Assembly: GCA_002269645.1 (NCBI GenBank) | Contig: NIVC01001397.1 | Span: 21,929-85,928, forward strand | Direction: 5' to 3' | Source of the DNA: Macrostomum lignano | Lineage: Eukaryota | Length of the DNA: 64,000 nt | In this document: piece after piece, positions 1 to 13,061 of the stretch | How the letters are laid out: each line of letters begins with the position of its first letter | Position numbering within the stretch: the first letter of the stretch is position 1 | Translations under genes and position numbers: made by a program | The notes under the pieces: model-generated | Told to the model about the DNA's origin: nothing | The model's database searches: none | What the model saw: the letters and a program-made list of their open reading frames with translations, nothing else

Positions 1-3000
1 TGGCCGGGATCTGGTGCAGCGCCGACTTGGACTTGGCCTCTTCCCACCACACGTAGACCAGGTTTTTAGAGTCGTACGCGTCTGGAATCGTTTTTTATAA
101 TGCCTTTTTTTCACGGTTCTCGGTATACTCGTAGTACTGTAAGTAGTGTAATTAGAACTCTGTGAAAATACACTCTGTGTTCGGAATTTCTACGGAGTTG
201 GTTCGGTAGGGAACCCTTTGTAAAGGTTTCCTGTGATTCTCTTGTCTAAGGGGTATTGTGACTGTAATTCCTGTCTGTAACAACCCCTTGTTTGTGACTC
301 TAACAGCTCTGTCTGTAGTACTGTAACAGACCTGTCTGTAACAGTAATTCTGGTTGTAACCCCCTGTCTGCAACTGTGATCGTGACTTCAAATAATCAGA
401 TTTTTCTGATAAAAACTTATTACCTGATCTTGCTACTGAATATAGTAGATAGTTTGCAATATGCGCCAGTAGATAAAGGGAAGCGACGCATTGACTCACA
501 ACTGCCAATGAGCAGCGGGCAGGCCTGCTTGTCGACTGGGAATTTTCTGAAGTCCATGAAGCAGACGGCCTTGATCGTCAGTCTGCAAAGTTTTGCGTTC
601 CGTGAGGGAGGCAGCGGCTGAGAGGTGGTGTTTGGTTTATTAGACACCATCAATCATTTTCAATCGTTCCTTTTTTACCCCAAGCTTAGCTGTTCGGTTC
701 ATTATACGAAGGTGGCGTTAAAAATCACACTGCATGACAATCAAGGCCAAAAGCTGCTATAAATTTATTGTCAAGAGTTACCCCCCCCCCCCCAGGTCAG
801 ATCGGAAGTTAAAAGCATTGCAGAGATCGCAGGGTGAGGCACAGCAAACTGCAAACTGTTTGGTTGAGTTTTCGTGGGTTCAGTAATCAATCTACTTGGG
901 ATATTGAGGCTTCAAGTGAGTTGCAGTGTGTGCTCATGATCTTTCAATTCCTTTGTTGAAACACTGAATTTAAGAGTTTTTTAAATAATTGTAACAGTCG
1001 GATTTTTTAGGATCAGAGTTCTCGTTTTGATTTCATTTTTGTTTTAAAACTGCAACCCTTGTATCTGACTCCGTGTAAATATCAAGTGTGCTAAAGCCAA
1101 GAAAAACTTGCTTAAGTCGAATTTGGTAAGGATTCCTGTAGTTCTCCATTCTCTGGATCAGGGGTTAGGAAACTCCGGCCTGTGGGCTACATGCGGCCCG
1201 TCAAGCCTTTCTATCCGGCCCTCGGATCCTTTGAATCTTCACAATAGCAATCTGACCCGCCCAAGGTTTGTGTCTCTTCTCTCCCCTCTCCTCTCTTCTC
1301 TCCCTTATCTCCTCTCTGCCCACTCTCCTCTCTCCTCTCTCTCCTCTCTCCCCTTTCTCTTCTTCTCTTCCCTCTCTTCTCTCTACCCTCTTCCCTTCTT
1401 CTCTTCCTTCTCTCCTCTCCTCCCTCTCTCCCTTCTCTCATCTCTTCCCTCTTTTCTCCTCTTGTCTTCTTTCTTATCTCTTCTCTCTCTCATGTCTCAT
1501 CTTCTATTCCCTCTCATTTCTTTACTCTCTCATCTGGCCCTTGAGGAAAAATGTTTTGCCAATCCCTGCTCTTATATTGTGCAGAGAATATTGATGTACA
1601 TTGTGAAGCCTCAATTTCACGCTTCCTCCTTTCTTTCCTTTCCCCAGCATAAATGTACATACATTCTGCCCTTAACCTTTCTTGAATCTTGGTAATGTAC
1701 ATCACTGAATGTACATAGTAGTAAAGTCATTCATTTCAACCCTCTCCACCCGATGCCAATAAATAGCAATTAGCAAGCCTACCGCATAGAGAAGAACACG
1801 GTGCCATCCGCCTGAATCCTTAGCAGCTTGTTTGGCGTGGTAATCACGTGCAGCTTGGAGCCCTTGCCATTGAAAAAGTACGTGTCCGGCCGCCAGATCT
1901 TGTCTAGCGTACTAATGCTAACTTTGATTTCGTCCTGGTTGACAAAATCCGCGTCGAACCGGAGCCGATTATCCACCCAGGACTGGCGGAAGTAGATTTC
2001 CATGGCGTACATCTGGAAGTTATGTATTGATGCGAATCTACCTGCTTAGTATGGCTTAGTCGGTGGTTTCTACGGGTCAAGACGATCTTATTTAATCGAT
2101 TATCAAGCTAAAATTTTTATGGCAGTGGATTAGCTTAGCTGTCAGTCAATACGGCAGAGAGTCGTACAGCATAATAAATTACAGTTGCCCGTATCATAAA
2201 ATGGTTAATACTCAGCGAAAACTAACCCCCATCAATGTAAACCATGTTGCAATGGCATTCGCACATTGAACTGGCCGTCAAAGTCTCCAGACATGAACTC
2301 CATCGAGCATGTCTGGGACAGGCGGTTCTGAATGGATGGCAGCAGCTGCCCTAAAGTTCATCAACCGGCTGGTGATCAGGATGCCACGCCGACTCGCCGA
2401 GTGACCGCACTTTTGTATGCTCGCGGTTCCTACACACGATACTAAAACTAGCCATTAAAGACATTCATTTTTGTGCCGTGTGACAGCGTGAGTTGGGGGG
2501 GGTTAGCTGTTGCTGAGTATAGTATGATAATTTTAAAGTACTTGTATTAATTAATTGACATTGCCGCGGCTTTCTTAGTCATTTTTTCATTTGATTTGCC
2601 TTTGGTCTCTATACTCTGTTTCTCTCCTGTCTCGTGGTCTTGTTATTCTTATCTCTTTCCCTCGCGGCCTTCTGATTGGCTCTTCAATCTGATCTCTTCC
2701 TCAGTCGCGCCCTCCAACCCCTCGTCTGCGTTTTCTCTCCCTCTAGTTCGCTTGTTGTTCTTATCTCTCTCTCCCTCGCTGCCTTCTGATTGGCTCTTAA
2801 ACTTGACCTCTTTCCTCAGTCGTGAACTTCACCCCCTCGAATGTTTATTCTGTTTTCCCCCTTTCTGCTAGTTCAGTCTTGTTATTTTTATCTCTCTCCC
2901 TGTGGCCTTCAATCTGATCTCTTTCCTCAGTCGCGCCCTCCAACCCCTCGTCTGCGTTTTCTCTCCCTCTAGTTCGCTTGTTGTTCTTATCTCTCTCTCC

Positions 3001-6000
3001 CTCGCTGCCTTCTGATTGGCTCTTCAATTTGACCAATTTTATATTTTCTCTGTCACGAACTTCACCCAATTTCCTATCAGCACCCAACTCACCCCTATTA
3101 AGTCTTACAAATATACGAGTACTGCGCCCACGGGTGAATAAAACCATGGTTGCGCCTCACTTACTGGTTCTAGTTCAGTTTAATCTATAATTTAGTATAA
3201 GCCAAGCAAATTTCTACCTATTCTTATTTCTTTGTAGATTTCTTCTAACATTTCCAATCCCAAATTAAAAGCAGTTGCTTTCTCAGCTTTCCCAGTTGTA
3301 ATAATATAAAACTATTGAATATGCATAGGTCCGTCTGGACTTTAGACACTATTAGCATCCTTCAACCCGCAACCCTGTTAATTTATCGTTGCTAACAGTG
3401 CTCACCATAAACTCACCATATTCTCTTCATCGATGGGTCCCAAATTTTTTATGAGCATGTTGATTGCCACCGCTGCCGGCTCATCGTCTGGAAGGTGGGT
3501 CGAGGTGACAAAGAATGAGCTATCTCAATAGCTTCACAAACTATACACTTCACAAACCAGACGATTCACAAACCAGACGATTCACAAACCAGACGATTCA
3601 CAAACCAGACGATTCACAAACCAGACGATTCACAAACCAGACGTTTCACAAACCAGACGATTCACAAACCAGACGATTCACAAACCAGACGATTCACAAA
3701 CCAGACGATTCACAAACCAGACGATTCACAAACCAGACGATTCACAAACCAGACGATTCACAAACCAGACGATTCACAAACCAGACGATTCACAAACCAG
3801 ACGATTCACAAACCAGACGATTCACAAACCAGACGATTCACAAACCAGACGATTCACAAACCAGACGATTCACAAACCAGACGATTCACAAACCAGACGA
3901 TTCACAAACCAGACGATTCACAAACCAGACGATTCACAAACCAGACGATTCACAAACCAGACGATTCACAAACCAGACGATTCACAAACCAGACGATTCA
4001 CAAACCAGACGATTCACAAACCAGACGATTCACAAACCAGACGATTCACAAACCAGACGATTCACAAACCAGACGATTCACAAACCAGACACTTCACGAC
4101 CTAGACACTTCACAAGCTAACTTTGGTAGACACTTCACTTCACAAGAAACTTTGTTAGAACTGTTTCCGGTTTTCGAACTTGCTTGTAGCTCGTAAAAGC
4201 CATTTTCTACTTACAAAGTATTTATCAGCTTTAGCTCCTTGCTTCCGCGCCGGTGCCCAGAGAAATGGGGATGGGTTATTAGCGGCACGCTCAGGGTCAG
4301 AACAAGACAGAATCGCCACTGTCTGCTCAAGCCGCACAAATCAGAGCCATCCAGACAAACACGACAAGCCAAAGGAGAGAGAATGCGAGGAGCAGTTGAG
4401 GCCGCGGCAACGCAGTGAACCGAGCCCCATCTCCGTTGAGCCAAATTGAATCTGCCGCCCAATCTACATATCCAGCCGACAGTTTTTCTCGCTTTCAGCC
4501 GAAAGATTTTGCAACTTTCGGCTTTGGCAACCTTCAAGGACTTTTTTGCCTGTTCTTATACCCCTTCTTCTCTCCTGGTGTCCCCCCCCCTGTCAGTCGA
4601 GTCTTGCCACTGCCCAAGTCATTCGCTTTTATGAGATTATGGCCGCATTCCCAAGTGTCCTCCTGTCTGCCTGCCAGCAGCCCCTTAAAAGCGTTGTCTC
4701 CGCCAATTCCGCGAATTCCCACCGCCTCCCCCCTCATCGTAAATGACCCGTCAGCCTCTGCGCGACTTCTCACGCATTAAGAATGGAATTTTGAAGTCAG
4801 TAGTTTGGGCACAGCCGCTAATGCGATTTTGGGACAGTTTTAACCTCCTAAGGTCCGGTTTTCTGCGATGCAATCTCAGGTAATGCATCTACCTCAGGTA
4901 CTGCATCTACCTCAGGTACTGCATCTACCTCAGGTACTGCATCTACCTCAGGTACTGCATCTACCTCAGGTACTGCATCTACCTCAGGTACTGCATCTAC
5001 CTCAGGTACTGTATCTACCTCAGGTACTGCATCTACCTCAGGTACTGCATCTACCTCAGGTACTGCATCTACCTCAGGTACTGCATCTACCTCAGGTACT
5101 GCATCTACCTCAGGTACTGCATCTACCTCAGGTACTGCATCTACCTCAGGTACTGCATCTACCTCAGGTACTGCATCTACCTCAGGTACTGCATCTACCT
5201 CAGGTACTGCATCTACCTCAGGTACTGCATCTACCTCAGGTACTGCATCTACCTCAGGTACTGCATCTACCTCAGGTACTGCATCTACCTCAGGTACTGC
5301 ATCTACCTCAGGTACTGCATCTACCTCAGGTACTGCATCTACCTCAGGTACTGCATCTACCTCAGGTACTGCATCTACCTCAGGTACTGCATCTACCTCA
5401 GGTACTGCATCTACCTCAGGTACTGCATCTACCTCAGGTACTGCATCTACCTCAGGTACTGCATCTACCTCAGGTACTGCATCTACCTCAGGTACTGCAT
5501 CTACCTCAGGTACTGCATCTACCTCAGGTACTGCATCTACCTCAGGTACTGCATCTACCTCAGGTACTGCAGCTACCTCAGGTACTGCAGCTACCTCAGG
5601 TACTGCAGCTACCTCAGGTACTGCAGCTACCTCAGGTACTGCATCTAACTCAGGTAATGCATCTACCTCAGGTACTGCATCTACCTCAGCCACCTCATCT
5701 ACCGCCGCCACCTCATCTACCTCAGCCACCTCATCTACCTCAGCCACCTCAGCCACCTCAGCCACCTCATCTACCTCAGCCACCTCAGCCACCTCAGCCA
5801 CCTCATCTACCTCAGCCACCTCAGCCACCTGAGCCACCTCATCTACCTCAGCCACCTCAGCCACCTCAGCCACCTCATCTACCTCAGCCACCTCATCTAC
5901 CGCAGCCACCTCATCTACCTAAGCCACCTCATCTACCTCAGGTACTGCATCTACCTCAGCCACCTCATCTACCTCAGCCACCTCAGCCACCTCAGCCACC

Positions 6001-6528
6001 TCATCTACCGCAGCCACCTCATCTACCGCAGCCACCTCATCTACCTCAGCCACCTCATCTACCTTAGCCACCTCATCTACCTCAGCCACCTCATCTACCT
6101 CAGCCACCTCATCTACCTCAGCCACCTCAGCCACCTCATCTACCTCAGCCACCTCATCTACCTCAGCCACCTCATCTACCTCAGCCACCTCATCTACCTC
6201 AGCCACCTCATCTACCTCAGCCACCTCAGCCACCTCAGCCAGCTAAAAGCAGCCTGACGCAGAGAAGCTCTGAGAGCAGTTCAGTGTCCGAATGGAAGCT
6301 TCTCAGCAGCCAGCAGCGAAATCCCTGACCAACACAAAATCGACCAACACAGAACCGACAACCGAGCGTGACCCGAGCCCCCCGTTGTGTGATTGACTTT
6401 TTTTTCAAAATGCAGCAATCCAAAGCAGCTCTCAATCTTCTTTTAGCTCTCCGCGCCGCCTTCTCCTCCCTTCTCGACTGCCTTCTTCCGGATTTCCCGT
6501 TGCTCGACCTCGGCCTCTCACTCATGCT

Positions 6529-6564
<36 letters not shown>

Positions 6565-9500
6565 CCATTTCCCCTTTTGCCCAGTCTATTTTGGCGAAGA
6601 AAAGGCACTCAGGGGCTCCTGCCGCTCCCTACCGCAGCGCCCGTTGACCTTCTGGTTCTGGCTCTTCTTTCGTTTCGCTCAATTTGCGTGCTGCGTCCGA
6701 TGCCGCGCCCATGGGCTGGCGGCGGCGCCGGGCGGTGGCAGACGAGCCCGAAACAAGTGCACTTGTTTTCCCTGTCTCTGGGGCCCCCTATCTATGGGGC
6801 ATTTTGCCCGTTGGCAGTTTTTTCCACCATTAAATTATGAATGGACCGAATTGAATGCATTGGGTGCCAGCGCGGTCTTATCGCGCCAGATAAAATTGAG
6901 AGGAAAAGTGCTTTGGCGCAGCAGGAATCCCCGCAGATTTTATTGCATTTATCTATTGCTGCTTTTGCGTCGCATTTTCGGCTGTCAGGTCGGGTTGCAA
7001 AGCCGCTGACATTGTTTACCTAAAATGCCGTTTATGTCTTAATATGCCTCCGCGACAAAGACCTCTGCGCCCTGTCACAGACAACTTTTCATCTACCACC
7101 TGACATCTACTATCTACCACCTGACATCTACTATCTACCACCTGACATCTACTATCTACCACCTGACATCTACTATCTACCACCTGACATCTACTATCTA
7201 CCACCTGACATCTACTATCTACCACCTGACATCTACTATCTACCACCTGACATCTACTATCTACCACCTGACATCTACTATCTACCACCTGACATCTACA
7301 AGCTACCACCTGACATCTACTATCTCAAATCTACCATCTGACATCTGAGATCTACATGTAGAATCTACTCACTGACATCTACAATCTCACATCTACCATC
7401 TGACATCTAAAATGTACATGTAAAATCTACTCACTGACATCTACTATCTCACATCTACCATCTGACATCTGAAATCTACCTTGTGACATCTACCTTCTGA
7501 CATCTACCGTCTGACATCTACGGTTTGACAGACATCATCTGACATCTGACATCTACCGTCTGACATCTATGGTTTGACAGACATCATCTGACAGCTAACA
7601 TCTACCGTCTGACATCTACGGTTTGACAGACATCATCTGACATCTGACACCCACCGTCTGATACCTATGGTCTGACAGACACCATCTGACAACTGCATCT
7701 ACCGTCTGACATCTATGGTCTGACAGACACCATCTGATATCTGACGCATCAACATTCAATGATAATACTGTATAGCCCGCATCCATAATTTTCGCACTAC
7801 TTCTCCAAGTCAGCTACCCCAAGCAGGCAGTCTCACACCCCATAGTAAGGCTCGCAAACTTCAAGTTTCCGCCTAGCCGTGCAATATTGGAACTGACAGT
7901 CCGTCAATAACTGCTGCCCCCCCCCTGCCAGCAACTGACAGCAGGGAGTGTTGCCAAACAAATTTGCACCATCAGCCAATAAATTCTCCCCACCCCTCTT
8001 TCCCTCTCTTGGGCCGCTAGCAGCTGCCGGGGGGAGTGGAAGGCAGACATGTTGCATGTGGGAGCCTCGGGCAGGATTACGCTGCAGACTTGGCCATCAT
8101 CATAATCAGATATGCTAATCCCTGACCAGCTTCCCTTCGAAGCGCACTTGATGAAGAATTTATCCCCAACACCCCCCCCCCCTCGACTGAGGAATTTCTG
8201 CCAGAGAGCTTTTCCCAGAACCGGAAAAAGTCGTCCCAAGCAGCTCGATTGCTAAGCTCCGGAAGGGTGCACCACCTCACTCCGCGGCTGGGGAGTGATC
8301 TGAGTGGGATTTGGCGGCTACCGTTATAATTAGGATGCATTGAGCATTGAGCCGTTGCTGAGCACCTATTCATATTTGATAATAATATATGATTTGCTGT
8401 GAGCTTTTTTCAGTTTCACGGAGTCTCTGCTTATTCACTTGATGATGCTGGCTCTCCTTCTCTCTTTCTTCCACCTTCTCCATCTCCCTTCTCCGTTTCC
8501 CCTTTTCCACTCCTCTCCCACCATGGGAGAAGAATCTCTCCTTCTCCCATCTCCCCCTCTCCCCCCTCTCCCATCTCCCCTCTTCCATCTCTCCGTCTCC
8601 CTCCTATATCTTTCCAGTTCTCCCTTCCCTACTATCTCTATTCTTTCACTGACTCTTCTTTCGATTTTCTTTGCTGCTAATCAGGCTAATTTTCTGAGCT
8701 CACATTTTTTGTCGAAAGTCCGTTTGAAATCTCTGAGAGAAATTCCTACGAGTAGGAAGTCAGCGAGCCAATACAGAGTCATTAATTCCTAAGCACGAGT
8801 GATCAGTTATTGCTTCTTAAATAGCTTTGTGTGTGAATAAAGGATGAGCGCTACCAGCTTATTGCATTGGGACTCAGCTGATGCGAGCTAAATAGGGATA
8901 TAAATATTGGTGCTCGTGTAAAGATATCCCTGCGTTAGTGTACAGATATCCCTGTGCTAGTGTACAGATATCCCTGTGCTAGTGTACAGATATCCCTGTG
9001 CTAGTGTACAGATATCCCTGTGCTAGTGTACAGATATCCCTGTGCTAGTGTACAGATATCCCTGTGCTAGTGTACAGATATCCCTGTGCTAGTGTACAGA
9101 TATCCCTGTGCTAGTGTACAGATATCCCTGTGCTAGTGTACAGATATCCCTGTGCTAGTGTACAGATATCCCTGTGCTAGTGTACAGATATCCCTGTGCT
9201 AGTGTACAGATATCCCTGTGCTAGTGTACAGATATCCCTGTGCTAGTGTACAGATATCCCTGTGCTAGTGTACAGATATCCCTGTGCTAGTGTACAGATA
9301 TCCCTGTGCTAGTGTACAGATATCCCTGTGTACATGTAAGTGTACAGATATCCCTGTGTAAGTGTACAGATATCCCTGTGCTAGTGTACAGATATCCCTG
9401 TGTACATGTAAGTGTACAGATATCCCTGAGTTAGTGTACAGATATCCCTGTGCTAATGTACAGATATCCCTGTGCTAGTGTACAGATATCATTGTGTTAA

Positions 9501-10972
9501 TGTACAGATATCCCTGTGTTAGTGTACAGATATCATTGTGTTAGTGTACAGATATCATTGTGTTAATGTACAGACATCCCTGTGCTAGTGTACAGATATC
9601 CCTGTGTTAATGTACAGATATCCCTGAGTTAGTGTACAGATATCCCTGTGCTAATGTACAGATATCCCTGTGCTAGTGTACAGATATCATTGTGTTAATG
9701 TACAGATATCCCTGTGTTAGTGTACAGATATCATTGTGTTAGTGTACAGATATCATTGTGTTAATGTACAGACATCCCTGTGCTAGTGTACAGATATCCC
9801 TGTGTAGATGTAAGTGTACAGATATCCCTGTGTAAGTGTACAGATATCCCTGTGCTAGTGTACAGATATCTTTCATCATTTGCTGGTCTCAAAGTCTCTC
9901 AATCTGAGAAATTTTGGTCTTTTCGCACTTTGTGAGACACTGTTTTCTACGAAACAGAGGAGCATTGTTCTCATAAGCATTGCAAGCAGCTTCACGTTTT
10001 TCTATAGTGACTGCCGGCTGACAAAGCGAGCTCCAGCTTAGTGCAGCCTCGATCCGTTCTCTGCGATTCCAATAGCTCAATCTGCTGCACTGACCTCCTC
10101 AGCTACTCTTGGGACTGCGGACGGCAGATGTCACGCAAACCTGACTGACTGACCACAGCTCAATCAAAATAATTACTCGTATTTGGCCTGGTCACATCTC
10201 CCAAAATCCTTTAATCTGGGGACGGTGCGCGCTGACTCATATTGTCGGTTTGAACAATGTGGCAATTAGGGGAATTGCCATGCCTTTTGTTCTTTTGATA
10301 GGTTTGCGACGGAATGCGATTTCAGCTGATTTGGGGCAGCAGGGATTTGGTGACCGCAATCCCTAATCAGTTTACTGATATTCATATTTCATAATTAAAT
10401 TATTGATTCAATCACAGCCAATCACGAATCAGTCAGTCATCAATTCAATCACGGCTGATCTCATCAATCAGTCACCAATTCAATCACAGCCAATCATCAA
10501 TCAATCACCAATTCAATCACAGCTGATCATCAATCAGTCACCAATTCAATCACGCTGATCTCATCAATCAGTCACCAATTTAATCACAGCCAATCATCAA
10601 TCAATCACCAATTCAATCACAGCTGATAACAACTCAGTCACCAATTCAATCACAGCTGATCATCAATCAGTCATCAATTCAATCACAGCTGATCATCAAT
10701 CAGTCATTGCCATCCCCGAAGTGACTCACCGACCACCTCCTTCTCCCCGGTGACATTGTTCTCTCTGATGTCCAGGCCAGGCCGCAGGTTGCTGTCGTAG
10801 CGGCTGCTGCTCAGCATGTGGTTGAGCACGTCAGTGATGCGCACCAGCTTCACCGTGTTGTTGCTGGGCGCCGCTGGCGCGAAAAACCGACCTTCTTCGG
10901 CACCTCCTCCTCCTCCTCCTCCGCCGCCGCCGCTGCCGCTGTCAGCTCGGCCACCGACGGGAGGAGAGGCGA
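1..10972 (-). CDS. Cys-loop ligand-gated anion channel subunit (GABA-A alpha/Grd-like), extracellular domain exons; partial, continues past the left edge
   Basis: Phase-consistent GT-AG exons 10972-10730, 3487-3417, 2012-1783, 582-500 and 81-1 join to give ...YDSNLRPG...VAINMLIKNLGPIDEENM|MYAMEIYFRQSWVDNRL...IWRPDTYFFNGKGSKLHVITTPNKLLRIQADGTVFFSMR|LTIKAVCFMDFRKFPVDKQACPLLIGS|YAYDSKNLVYVW. This includes the C-x13-C Cys loop and the WxPD motif. The signal-peptide exon was not firmly found; a weak phase-1 candidate is 11596-11485. Confidence 0.93.
1159..1568. mobile_element. Non-autonomous hAT/Charlie-like DNA transposon (MITE) with a CT-rich interior
   Basis: Left end CAGGGGTTAGGAAACTCCGGCCTGTGGGCTACATGCGGCCCG. 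Right end AAAAATGTTTTGCCAATCCCTG, whose reverse complement is CAGGGATTGGCAAAAC. Both resemble hAT MITE termini. The 8-nt flanks CTCTGGAT and CTCTTATA are a degraded TSD (4/8 match). Confidence 0.65.
2251..2445 (+). pseudogene. Tc1/mariner transposase C-terminal remnant
   Basis: Translates NGIRTLNWPSKSPDMNSIEHVWD (the WPxxSPDLNPIE motif), then after breaks FINRLVIRMPRR...ARGSYTRY*. Contains stops and frameshifts. Confidence 0.85.
2640..3040. repeat. Pyrimidine-rich direct duplication (~230-nt spacing)
   Basis: The block CTCAGTCGCGCCCTCCAACCCCTCGTCTGCGTTTTCTCTCCCTCTAGTTCGCTTGTTGTTCTTATCTCTCTCTCCCTCGCTGCCTTCTGATTGGCTCTT occurs at ~2700-2800 and ~2927-3025. Confidence 0.85.
3549..4090. repeat. 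Minisatellite, 16-nt unit CACAAACCAGACGATT, ~34 copies (channel gene intron)
   Basis: Near-perfect tandem array starting ~60 nt from the acceptor of exon 3487. Confidence 0.97.
4871..6243. repeat. Compound minisatellite: 18-nt CATCTACCTCAGGTACTG (~44 copies) turning into mixed 9-mers ACCTCAGCC/ACCTCATCT
   Basis: Direct reading; the unit switches at ~5685. Confidence 0.97.
7092..7745. repeat. Minisatellite series: 21-nt CTACCACCTGACATCTACTAT degrading into longer TGACATCTAC-based units
   Basis: Direct reading. Confidence 0.92.
8925..9870. repeat. Minisatellite, 22-nt TACAGATATCCCTGTGCTAGTG, ~42 copies with an internal ~198-nt higher-order duplication
   Basis: Direct reading; the variant TATCCCTGAGTTAG recurs at 9421 and 9619. 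Confidence 0.96.
10410..10706. repeat. Minisatellite, ~33-nt CAATTCAATCACAGCTGATCATCAATCAGTCAC, beside the donor of exon 10730
   Basis: Direct reading. Confidence 0.9.
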
Positions 10973-11904
10973 CTGCCCGCATCGAAAATAAGACGCCACT
11001 AAACAGTGAGCGGGTTTGGCGAGTCAGTGAGTTCAGTGATTCAGTGATCTATTCAGCATAGAGTACATCTAGTACTAGATTTCCTAAATTTCTTATCAAC
11101 TACAGCGGGCACCACTGACTCATTACTTGAGCGTCACCGCAGTTTCTTGGAATCCACCCCCCCCCCCCAAAAGTCCCGAGAGTCCCAAAAAATCACCCAT
11201 CAGAGATGATTGGATGCAGGTGAGAAAGTGAGTTAGAATTTCGCTTTGAGCAGGCACAGTGTCCTAGCAGACAGGTGTTGGGCCGGTATGGATCTGAAAC
11301 ATCCCAAAACTGTAAGTCCTCTGGGAAAGGTTGATCTTATAGAAATTACTGAAGATGGAGGATGAGGAGAGGAAGAAAAAGTGCGAAAGGGAAAATACGA
11401 TTCCCCAAAGCGGGGGTGGGGGTCTAGCTGAGATCTAGGGGATCTGGGGGATCTGGGGGATCGGGGGGATCTGGGTCTCGGCACCGCTTGCAAAATTTCC
11501 CACCGCGAATTTCCCGACAAATCCCAGCTGGCGGAGAAGCCCGGCTTGAAACAACAGAAACTGCCGCCTCCCCCTCTTCTTCTGTATTTCTCTCATTCGG
11601 TTTCTTTCGCCGAGTTATGATATCCTCAATTTCATAAATACCTCACACTATTTTAGCTCTCGATAATGTTGGCCTGTTGCAGTCCCCTGCCTCCGTTCCA
11701 GTCTTGCTGCATCAATTAATGGAAGGTTAATGAGGCGAGGATTTAAGTTAATAGCCACGGTCACGAGTGTGCTTACCGCTGTGCACTCCGTGCGTGTGCT
11801 GGGTAGTTATGTACCAAAGCTTGAAAATATGCGCGAGATTGATAAGGAATTACTGAAGTCAATAATTGACCAGAGTTGCTAAAGATGCACGACCTTGTAC
11901 CTTA

Positions 11905-12220
11905 CATCACGGATAAAGGAATAGAATGGATTGCTAATCTAGCCAACATCACGGATAAAGGAACAGATTGGATTGCTAATCTAAGCAACATCACGGATGA
12001 AGGAACAGAATGGATTGCTAATCTAAGCAACATCACGGATGAAGGAACAGATTGGATTGCTAATCTAGCCAACATCACGGATGAAGGAACAGATTGGATT
12101 GCCAATCTAAGCAACATCACGGATGAATGAACAGATTGGATTGCTAATCTAAGCAACATCACGGATAAAGGAACAGATTGGATTGCTAATCTAAATAACA
12201 TCACGGATAAAGGAACAGAA
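11905..12220. repeat. Minisatellite, 42-nt AACATCACGGATGAAGGAACAGATTGGATTGCTAATCTAAGC, 7-8 copies
   Basis: Direct reading. Confidence 0.93.
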
Positions 12221-13061
12221 TGTTTATATGATATATTGAATCGCTGTGTACCGACGGAACAGACAAGCCAAGTTCAGGACCGAAATTAAGCTGCACTGTG
12301 CAAATTGGCCAGAAAGTGGAAAAGTAGGAAAGCCGTAGCAGGGGGGAACCCGATCCAATGGGCGCCGCTGGGTCCCACTGCTGATCCCAGCTCCCACTCG
12401 CTCAGTCTCTGGAAACTATTGAAAATCCCCAGATGGTTTGGCGGAACAGACAAGTCCAACAGCATGACCGAAATCCCCAGTTGGGAATATATTGGAAAAT
12501 GGCTGACAGCTTTCTACTCTGACTTAGTGATGAAGAGAGCTTGGATGCTGCAGAACGGATATCGAAGCAGTTTCAAACTGTCGTACTGTTGCTTGAAATG
12601 ACTGTCAGTATTAAAGAAGAAAATTCACAGGTGAAAGCGTCTATACTTAGTTGTTGCTAGTCTGTCTTTTGTCGTCACCTGTCGGAACACCTGACTGCTA
12701 GACAGTTGGGTGTTTTTGGGCAAGATATTATCTCTTTCCTACCTGCATCTCTTTGGATGCAGAAATGCTGCTCTGCGTTCGCGCGTTCCGCTCTCGAGCG
12801 CGCCAATCACCACCCCAACCAGCCTCCTCCTCCTCCTGGCTGCTTTGCCGTTCTTTTGGAGCATTTCCTGGGAATAGAAGCCTACAGCAGCGGGCTCGCT
12901 GCAGCTATTGTTCCCGGGTACTTTGAGTAGGGAAATGGCAATATGCATATTTGTAGCTCTAAAATGGCGCCCTGCATTTCTAAAGCGTTTGGAGTGAGAA
13001 ATTTGTTTTCATGACGTGTTTTGTTGTGCTGAAGTGTCTGAGAACTGCCAATATTGTCCGA

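Noticed and set aside
794-820. Weak 5S-like word GATCGGAAGTTAAAAGCA
   Set aside because: Too short and lacks the GGTTAGTA part.
4848-6233. VPEVDA / PQVLHL repeat ORFs
   Set aside because: 18-nt and 9-nt minisatellites open in several frames, with no splice or protein-family support.
6235-7023. Several 60-213-aa ORFs in a GC-rich intronic patch, possible alternative first exon of the channel gene
   Set aside because: No family motif, and no strong donor in the required phase 1.
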